Shown here: one piece after another, positions 53,803 to 63,691 of the stretch | Position numbering within the stretch: position 1 is the stretch's first letter | Layout: each line of letters opens with the position of its first letter | NCBI RefSeq assembly: GCF_001194135.2 | Contig: NC_069003.1 | Coordinates: 22,702,451-22,766,141, forward strand | Source: Octopus bimaculoides | Lineage: Eukaryota | DNA: 63,691 nt | Reading direction: 5' to 3' | The notes under the pieces: generated by a model | The model's input: the letters and a program-made list of their open reading frames with translations, nothing else | What the model was told of the DNA's origin: nothing | The model's database searches: none | Translations under genes and position numbers: made by a program

Positions 53803-55913
53803 TCTACCTTCCTTTATTGCACTCTATAACAAGGTCAGGGCTTTTGGTGGCAAAAATATGGGTAGTGATAGTTACCATCAAGGTCAACAGATAACTTTCA
53901 AGTTCCCTCCTATTTTGGATCGTTCTTCTTTCAGTGGCTGTTTTGCAGTGTTCACTATCCCTGTAAAATTTCATTTTTCCATGCTGCACTACTTGTGATT
54001 TTCCCCGTGTTAATTGACTTTACCCAGCTCTGTCTCTGCACTTGGTGGTTATGCTACCATGTCTCTATTTCATTGTAGTTCCTCTTCAGTAACGACTGCG
54101 GGGGGAATTCTTGGTTATCATTTCCCATGAAAGGTTATGTTGTGATTTGTGTCAACTTGGCTTAATTATTTAATTCATCATCTTGGTTTGGGAGAACACT
54201 TTGATTAAACATTGACTTTGTTATGACTGATAATAACCACTGAATGTTGTAAACTATTAGTTTTATTGTTACAGTATTTAACAACAAACAGGGAGAACTA
54301 TTAAAATTGGTGTAGTAATATTAGTCTTCCTAGATTAGCTGGTGTTTAAATCTATTCAGAAGTTAGGCTATCTAATCTTTTAATATTTTCACGACTATAT
54401 TCATGATGGAATATGCTACCTGTAAGTTTGATTAGTTTTTAAAAATAATTATTTTGAAAGGGCTTAGTAAAATAACTGAGTTTTCCATTATTAATCTGTT
54501 GTTTTTTTTAAAACTTAATTAAAAGATTATTGCTTAAAATTATAATGAACATTTTAAACTGAAGTTTTGTTTGTATCATAGAACAAGAAATGGTTTTTGG
54601 TGGGTTGAAAGCTTTCTATTTAAAGGTATAGCTCCAACATGGCCTTAATCATGATAGCTTAAACAAATAAAAGAACTTTGTTCATTTGAAATTATGTTAT
54701 GAAATCTGTTGTTTTGATATCAGGTTTGAATTCTGGCAGTAGTGCAATTATTTCAGTTAAGATTATAAATATATTGATTATTTTGATGGACAATTCAATA
54801 AAAAAAAAACAAAAACAAATTCCACTTTCCTGTGTCCAGTTCAACCAATGACAGATCTAAGATAATTTCTGTATGAAGTTTAACATCACTGTAAAAGATC
54901 TACAGTTTCATTTGGGCATGTTTATTCCAACGTCATTTCTTTGAACACCGTCAATTGATTGAAGTTTTGAGTTGGAATGTTGATATTCATTATTGGTTTT
55001 GACAGCTGATTATGTTTCTTTGTTCGTGTTTCCTATTTCAAAGTGATTTCTGTGAAATAAATATCATTTGCTTTCTTCCTTACATTACATATAATCAGTT
55101 AGATAAATAGACGTGAAGCTGTATCAGAAAGATGCTTATTATTTTTCTATCACAACTTGGTATTCAGTCAGTTTCAAAACCATTTGGTAAAATAAAAACT
55201 TGTCTATTAAGAATTTGACCAACCTAAAGCATATGACAGGGTGTATTTTTTTTATATTTATTTATTTATTTTTGTTCTCTGAAAATAATGGCTTCTTTAT
55301 GTTCTGGTCAGGGTGAGATTTTATTGGTAAAATATCCATATCAGTAAACAAACAAGTTCAATTCTGAAAGCTTTAATGAAATAATGTTTTGATAATTTTT
55401 CAGCTTATAAAATATATTGACAAATTCTGTGTGCTTATATAACTTTAAACAAAAGGTATATAAAAGAAATATTAAAAAAAGTACTTGATTACAGTGAATA
55501 ATTTAATCAATGCCATCTAATGACACAATTGTCAAATTCAATTTTGTCTTCCTCTTTGTCTTTTTATTTATGTGTATACTGTGGGGTTATATATATATAT
55601 ATATATATAATTTTCCAGAGGAAATGTTGACATAGAGTGGTAAATAAATTGATCTTGGATATATCGAGTTTGAAGCTTCTACCTCTTTTAAATATACAAA
55701 TTTAAAAGTTAAANNNNNNNNNNTATATATATATATATATAATGTGGTAAGGTTTCAACAAGTAGAAAAGCACTTGATCAGCTCAGAGAGTAAAGATAAT
55801 GGTTAATAAACAAACGGTCTTGTTCTTAGTTTGAAAAATGGCAAAATAAATTATTTTGCCCAGGAAATCCTGGGTAGCTGTATTTAACAAGATTTGTGGT
55901 TTTTATTATAAAA

Positions 55914-55950
<37 letters not shown>

Positions 55951-56267
55951 CACACGCACACACACACACATACACAGATAAATATATATGTAGATATCTA
56001 TGTGTATGTATATATATGTAGATATGGTGGGTGAATATGTGCGTGTGGAGTATGTGTATATGTGTACATGTGTGTGTATATATACTGCTTATTTTAAGTC
56101 AAGTTATTTAGAAAAAGATGGCTAAACAGCTTAACATGACAATCTCTCCTATCTTACCATAAATATGTACAAAAAAAGAATTTTGTATTAACAACAAATG
56201 GTATATTTTTCTACTCACCAATCTTAACTACAGTTATCTAAAAGTTCTCAACTGTGTACACGCGCGT

Positions 56268-56361
<94 letters not shown>

Positions 56362-56494
56362 ATATGCATAAAAGTGTGTGCAGCAAGTTTTGTGTATGTG
56401 AATGGGTGCAGTTGCATCTCTGTATATGACTGTATGAGAATACACAGTCACCAGAATGTACAAATGTATAGCTGTGGGTAAGGATTTGTGTACA

Positions 56495-56538
<44 letters not shown>

Positions 56539-57459
56539 GATACATGTGTAAACATATCTTCATTTGTATGTATATATTTATGTACAATTATACTTATATG
56601 TGCATATGCATATGTACCTGAGTGTTTATATATATATATATATATATACATACGCATATATGAGTACAGGATGTCACCAACAGTAAACAGCATGAAATAC
56701 GAAAACAAATGGAAAACAGAACAAGTAACACAAAGAATGACCCTTCATCAGTTATTAGCTGCCTATCTACTCCTCATTTCGAGCATTGAACAACAATATG
56801 TGTCTTCGAAGACAGTTGCTCCCATAAGTACTAAAATAAAATATTTTCTTTGGGAAAAGAAAAAATAGAAGAGGGAAATTCACAGAAGTTGGGAGAACAC
56901 GTTATTTAATATTTTATCACTTCACTTTTAAAGATGCTGAACAGCCATAAATTATTTTTCTCACAGAGTTATTTTTACTCACATGTAATTATCAAATCAA
57001 TTTAAATGTTATTTTTACCCTCTTGCATAAATACATTTTGTAGTAACACACATATACGTCTTATATCTTCTATATTGCAATGTATAATTTAGTCTCATGT
57101 CTGTCGTTCTCTCAAACAGTGGTTATATTGTCCTGTAATCGTCCTTTTCTATTCTATGCAAGTAACCAATGTTCACTGTAATATTTAAACATTTTAACAC
57201 ATGTTCATTGTATACCAGATTGCTCAATCCATTTTCCTAATTGCCTAAAAAATCATCAGCAAGAAACTTGGAGTGATGATGTGTGTAGTTTCAGCTTCCA
57301 AAAAAATTGACATCACTCTATTTTCAGTATTGAGCACTCCCTTTTCTTATTTGTGTTTACATACTTACATCTATAAATAAACACAACATAGAATTGATCT
57401 GTTCAAATCTTGTCATTCATGATTGCATCATGCATTTAATTGCATTGCTCTATTTGTTT

Positions 57460-57687
57460 TTAACCCTTTAGCATTTAAACTGGCCATATCTGGCCCATAT
57501 ATTCTACCTGTTTTTTGATCCAACTGGCCAGATCTGGCATCTCACACCTACCCTACAATATCATTCTAAAAATAAGCAATTACATCATTGAAATCTCAAA
57601 GCTACGAGATAAGGTATGATTAATTCAAAATAACGTGAATAAATAAGCATTACACTTGATGAAGTAATCTGAATGCTAAAGGGTTAA
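57460..57687. mobile_element. piggyBac-like MITE (TTAA ends)
   Basis: TTAA-ccctttagcatt ... aatgctaaaggg-TTAA. Same family at 50442-50663, 11505-11730, 5147-5370, and partial at 731-921, ~18263 and ~30388. Confidence 0.8.
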
Positions 57688-57979
57688 GACAGCATAATTG
57701 TAATAACACACTTTTCTCCTAGATGATCATTTATATAAGCAGTTATGTACTGTGTAGTTTCTTTCTATAATATCACACCCAGCAGCAGACTTAGAGAAAA
57801 AACAAAAAAAAACAAGAAAAAAAAAAGACAATAATATCAAACATTTTAAGCAAGTGCTTTAAGCAACAGACTTCTTTGTTCTAGTTTGTCTCAGATTGAG
57901 GCCTTATAATGTTGGATGTCAAATTTTTTGAAAAATATAATTCTTTCAGAAAAGACCATTTTGAAATATATTTACTTTA

Positions 57980-58877
57980 TGAGGTGGTATCAAAAGGTTC
58001 CAAAATGAGTTAGGTTTAATAAAAAATAACTTCTTTACCTCAGTTTTAATATCTTCTTTGATGTTGTCATCTTGCGCAGTAATACGTTGGTCCCAGTGTT
58101 CCTGCTATTTTTGGAATCCGGCCTGGAAGCCGTTTTTTGTAAGCAAGTTGAGGACCCTCTGCAATTTGCTCTTGATCTTGACAACAGTGTTAAAATGGTG
58201 ATCTTTGAACTGCATTTTCATGTTGGGGAAGAGATGGAAGTTTGCATGTGTTAAATCTGGCAAACAGGAGGTGATACCATGTTGTTTTTGGCGATTAACT
58301 CATGAGTGAGATCTCGATGACAAGGTACATTGTTGTCGGGAAGAATTCAATTCTTCGTGCTCTACAGATCCGGTTGCTTTTGCCAAATGTCCTCCCTCAA
58401 ATGTTCCAAAACATTGTTGATTCTCTGACAATCTTCATACACAAGCTGATGAATTTTCCCCACATTTGCAGGGGTGATGCTTGCGGCAGGTCTTCGAGAT
58501 TGCTCATCGTCTTCCAGGGATGTTCTTTCATTCTTGAAGCACCTGGCCACTCGAAACATTGCGTGTGACCCATTACCTCATCACAACAAGCTTGCCGAAG
58601 CATGCTCAATGTCTCTGTAGCAGACTTCCCAAGTTTAACTCAAAATTTCATGTTGACTCTTTGTTCCAACTTCCTGTCCATAACAAAAATCACATACTAC
58701 AGCATACTCAAGATCACAAAAACACAAATTTCACAACTTGCAAAGTAAGCACAGCAATATAATTCAGCACACTGCCTCATGAAGGTCACTGCTAGCTCTC
58801 ACTGTGCACACAACCATGTGCTGCCACCTGTTGGCACACTACAGAACTAGTCCAGGAACTTTTTGATATCATCTTCT
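57980..58877 (-). mobile_element. Internally deleted mariner-type transposon
   Basis: Degenerate TIRs gaggtggtatcaaaaggttcc / gaagatgatatcaaaaagttcc. N-terminal HTH remnants (KSATETLSMLRQA, RTSLEDDEQSRRPAAS) and a C-terminal FHLFPNMKMQFK remnant. Confidence 0.8.
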
Positions 58878-59138
58878 CAATGTTGAATCATTGACAGTGT
58901 TTTTTGTTCTTTAAATAGTGATTTGGACTCATGAAAAGTATTTTCATCTTCCTTCAGACATTTTTGTTACTACTCATTTCTTCTTTCCCATATACATAAA
59001 TATTATGTATATCATATCCCAGAAGGTTTTAGGTAACATACTGGTTATATGCAATGTAGTTTGCTCTGCATCTTTGAATAGCTTCCTTTGTGCCCTCTCT
59101 TTATCATATTTGTATTTAATGAAGTAATAGCAATGATA

Positions 59139-59192
<54 letters not shown>

Positions 59193-59414
59193 TTAGGAAG
59201 GGCATCCAGCTGTAGAAACTCTGCCAAATCCGATTGGAGCCTGGTGTAGGCATCTGGTTTCACCAGTCCTCAGCCAAATCGTCCAACCCATGCTAGCATG
59301 GAAAACAGATGTTAAATGACGATGATGATGATGATGATATATATACATACATATAGGCAGAAAGAGATATAGATATATAAAAAAACAAAACAGGAAGTTG
59401 TACAAATGTTTTCA

Positions 59415-59703
59415 GTATTATTTATTTACCATTACGTATGTTTCATTTGCTAATAGCAATCACAAAGTTGTGCACATTGGAAAAACATGTCAGAAATTTG
59501 CTGTTAGAAATTCTTTAGACAGAGAATCAAATAATACTATAGTATTATAATTCTAGATTATTATTTGATTCTCTACCTGAAATATTTGGGGGTATTTCTA
59601 ATAGGAAATGTCTTACATGTTTTTCCAACATGTACAAATTTGTGATTCTCTTTTAGCAAATGCAACATGTATAATGGTGAATATAATGGTGAATAAATAA
59701 TAC
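59415..59703. repeat. ~290-bp foldback palindrome
   Basis: Left arm gtattatttatttaccatta...atgtttcatttgctaatagcaatcacaaa...ttggaaaaacatgtcaga...gagaatcaaataat is mirrored by the right arm. Confidence 0.85.
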
Positions 59704-59879
59704 CAAAAAAGAAATTTCCAGCTTCCTGTTTTATTACATAATTTCCAGAATTTTCAACTCTAATATGTGCCTCACATCAGTACAACAGTGACAGCAAATA
59801 CATGCCTCAAGAGGTTACAGCTTGGATTTTACCCTATCAACATAAAATATGTATGTGTGTGTGTGTGTGTGTGTTGTAT

Positions 59880-60084
59880 TTGTTTGTCATTAGACTGTGG
59901 CCATGCTGGGGCATTGCCTTGAAGAATTTTAGCCACATGATTTGACCCCAGTATTACTTTTTTTTTATTTAATCCTGGTACTTATTCTATTGGTCGCTTT
60001 TGTTGAACCACTAAGTTTTGGGGACATAGACACATCAACACCAGTTGTCAAGTGGTTGTGGTTGGCAGGGCGGGGGGAACACTG

Positions 60085-60134
<50 letters not shown>

Positions 60135-60298
60135 GTATATACAATAAGGTTCTTACAGTTTCCATCTAAAAAAAAATCCTCTCACAAGGCTTTGGTTGGC
60201 CTGAAGTTATTGTAAAGAAACTTGCCCAAGGTGTCACATAGTGAGACAGAATCCAGAACCATGTGGTTGGGAAGTAAACTTCTTACTACACAGCTGTG

Positions 60299-60307
<9 letters not shown>
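59880..60307 (-). mobile_element. SINE family B copy with internal (AG)n
   Basis: Reverse complement of family B. Confidence 0.8.
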
Positions 60308-60333
<26 letters not shown>

Positions 60334-60612
60334 ATTATTTAGTAACAGTTTGACTCAGTTCTATGTAACTTAGTTTCGTAGGCTTGTAGAGATTGAATAA
60401 GGCATGTCCAAAATGGCTTCTACATGTTGGGCCACTATTGGTTAATGCAGGTCACATGCTGTTGTTTAACATATTAGTGGCATCAAATCTTTATTCCTAG
60501 GACCACACGCTAGGACAGGATATTGGTCAACAGCCCACAACCCTCTGTCTGGGAAGTAGGGTATGATCTATTAGTGACCTCAGTTTGCTGATGTGTGTGT
60601 TAGTGTACATGA

Positions 60613-60838
60613 TACAGTAATCTCTTACCATGTCATGGTTCACCTATCGCAGTTTATTATTTAAGCTCATGCTGATTCTTCTGTGGTGGTGTTTTGCATT
60701 TATAGTAAAATAAATATATACAAATTATAGAAATAATTTTTAAAATATACAGTATGGTACTGTTCCTACTTTACAGAGCTTCACCTATCGCAGGGTTTTT
60801 TGGAATGTAACACCTGTGATAGTAGAGGGATTACTGTA
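60613..60838. mobile_element. Tc1/pogo-type MITE (TA ends)
   Basis: ta-cagtaatctct ... agggattactg-ta, with internal repeat ttcacctatcgcag. Confidence 0.65.
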
Positions 60839-61421
60839 TATGAGTATGTGTATCTGGTGCGTGTCTATATGTATCTGATGTACACATACATACAGCAGTT
60901 ATACACACGTAAACTAGATACACATACATGTACATACCAGGTACACACACACACCAGATACACATACACCATATACATGCACATGTCACCATACACACAT
61001 ATGCACATGCCTGATACACACACACACATGCCAGATCTGGTTACCCCCTAAAATAGGCTGTTGCAACTGTGTGGCTTTGAATCCAATACACCAGCACTGT
61101 AGCACTTACACACACAGATACACATACATACACACTCAGACATACTCAATGGATATGCACATGTGCACACACACACACACACACACATACACCAGATATA
61201 TATATGCTTACTCCACCAATCAGCAGTATCTCTCAATAGTAAAATGAATGTGCACCACACACATGCCCACAGCATATGCACATGCACCAGATACACACAC
61301 ACACACACACACACCAACTAACTGGTGTAATAGATCTTACCCTACTTCCTAGCTACTCAATAATATCCAGTCCTATCATGTGGTCCTAGGAATAAAGATT
61401 TGAATTGATGTCACTACCATA

Positions 61422-61545
61422 TTAACCTTTAGCTCACTTTGGTGCATTATGTCACCTGTAGCTGCAGGCACATTGTGCTGCATTGAGAGGGGAGAAATCT
61501 CATGGGGGTGGGGATATGATACTCCTCTTGTGTGCTAAAGGTTAA
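61422..61545. mobile_element. Small TTAA-flanked MITE
   Basis: ttaacctttagc ... gctaaaggttaa. Confidence 0.65.
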
Positions 61546-63019
61546 CAGCACTATGTGACATGAATTGACCAATAGCGACCTAACACCTAGAAACCATCTT
61601 TGACTTTTCTCATTTGGTCTCCACAAGCCTGACAGGATAGGTTCGTTTGATGAGCCTGCAAAACTTTAAGCTGCATGTAGCTGACTCAACTGTTAGTAAA
61701 TAATATATGCAACACCCACCAAATGTGTTGAGCACCACTTTCTTTCATTTGTGTGAACTCACTTCTCTCTATATATATGTATATATATGTGTGAGTGTGT
61801 GTTTGTATATGTATATCATCATCATTGTTTAATATCTGCTTTCCACGCTGGCATGGGTTGGACAGTTTGACATGAGCTGGCCAGGCAGAAGTCTACACTT
61901 GACTTCTGTGTCTGTCTTGGCATGGTTTTTATGGTTGGAAACCCTTCTCAACACCAACCACCCCGCAGAGTGGACTGAGCGCCTTTTATGTGAGAGAGAT
62001 GGACATAATATCATTTGTGTGTGTCTTTGTGAATTCCAGATATTAACTAAAAATTTGAAACAGGTAAAACAATTTTATAGAGTAAGTATCTTTAAAAAAA
62101 TCTAATAAATCAAAGTTTACTAAGGAAAGCATAGCATAGTCATACAACATGAGTTAACTAGGGATCTTCTATGCATTTATTGAACTCTGCTAACAACTGC
62201 TTCTAAATTTCTCCAAGTAAATCCCTTCTCCCCTTAAAAATAAGACACATTGAACGATGAAATCATGGATATACAAAAGCATAATTGTTATCCTTTGAAT
62301 ACGTTTTTTTACTATAAATCTGCTTGACCACTGCTGACTTAGAATTAAACAACTCAGTCATGGGTGGTAAATCCAACTATATGATGATTACTGAGTGGTA
62401 TGACAAGCTTTGTATGTTTCATTTCCTGATTCCAAACTGTTGGATAATTTTTTTTTTGTAGCTTTTTAAAAAATGTTCTTATTAAGTAAGACTTCAGTAA
62501 GAAATCTGATGTCCTTAATAGATTTTATATTTTCATTTTCTTGATTAGTTATCCATCCGTCCACTGAAAAGTAACATGTTTCTTTCCTTTTGCAGTAGCT
62601 ACACCATTACTGGTATTGCATTGTCAAAATAACCATTAACCTTTCGTTGAATGTTGTACATTAACATTTCACATTTTCACAGAACTTGTGTTTTAACACT
62701 CTGACATAATCAGCAATTGCATGTAAAGGACAGTTTCATCCTTTACATGTTTTGAACAATTTTTTCTGCATGTGATTGCATTACTGATTGTTTCAAAATA
62801 CTTTCAGCTTCTTAGTATATTCTTACTTTTTACTTTTACTTTCATATTAATATTTCATGTTTTTAAATTATATAACTGCAAGTTAATATTAATCTTTTTA
62901 ATTTGATGTCGTTGTGTGTATCATAAGCAGGTGTTGGTGTAATGGACATACTACACTAATGTTTCACTCCTGCTCATTTCTATTGATTCTCAGGCAGCGT
63001 TTATGTTTTTAATGCTGTT

Positions 63020-63691
63020 GACACCATTGGATTGAATGATACTGCCCAGGTGTCGAAACCATGATGATATTCATTTGGCAGCTGATGATGGGAATGTATA
63101 TTTGATATGCTTGTTTGTGTGCTTGGTATTTGTTAACCTGAAAAAAGGCCTTTGACAGAACCCCTTGCTCCCTCATCTGATGGTCAATGCAGAGGCTTGG
63201 GGTAGATGAATGGTTGGTGAAAGCCATCAATCCATGTATAGGAATGCTGTCAGTAAGGTGAAAGTTGGCAATGAGTATAGCAATGCATTTAGTGTGCAAA
63301 TAGTTCACCAAGGATCGGTTCTCAGCCCCTTCTTGTTTATCATAGTCCACCAGGCCATAACAGAGGAAGTTAAGACTGGCTGCCCATGGCGATGACCTTG
63401 TTGTTATAGCTGAATCTCTACTTGAATTAGACAAAAAATGTCAAGTGTGGAAGCAAAGGCTTTAAAGTCATTTGAGCAAAGACCAAAGTCCTAATAAGCA
63501 GGAAAGCATATGAATAACTAACCCATTCAGGGAGATGGCCCTGCTTGATACGTAGAAAGGATATATGTAGAAATCCCATAAGGTGTACCCAGTGCAAGCT
63601 CTGGGCACATAAGAAATGCAATAGAATCACAGGAAAGGTAACACAGAAAGCAATCTTTGTGTGTGGCAGGTATGCAGGTGCGATAAACACT
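63020..63691 (+). mobile_element. RTE-type LINE reverse transcriptase fossil running off the window end
   Basis: FVNLKKAFDR, LGVDEWLVKAI, HQGSVLSPFLFIIV, TGCPW, followed by a Cys/His cluster. Frameshifts and stops present. Confidence 0.85.

Overview
AT-rich, repeat-dense animal genomic DNA with three N-gaps (26933-27473, 31143-31587, 55714-55723). The SINE families and microsatellite style resemble octopus DNA (inference, not checked against a database). The window is mostly intronic sequence of one plus-strand gene of the TMCC/Dementin (TEX28-like transmembrane coiled-coil) family. Supported exons are 13881-14070, 15630-15945, a partly gap-hidden exon ending at 27545, and 28904-28948. Two further frame-preserving micro-exon candidates lie at 35575-35607 and 48160-48186. 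The introns hold several tRNA-derived SINE families, two mariner elements, TTAA- and TA-type MITEs, a Helentron-like element carrying a Gypsy fragment, RLE and RTE LINE fossils and two Penelope-like fossils. The most striking object is a 408-bp insertion at 27559-27966. It combines a tRNA-like Pol III head, a minimal hammerhead ribozyme and an 88-nt inverted copy of its own ribozyme-bearing 3' part, and its 13-bp target-site duplication copies the host exon's 5' splice site. Homology calls come from recalled family motifs, not from searches.
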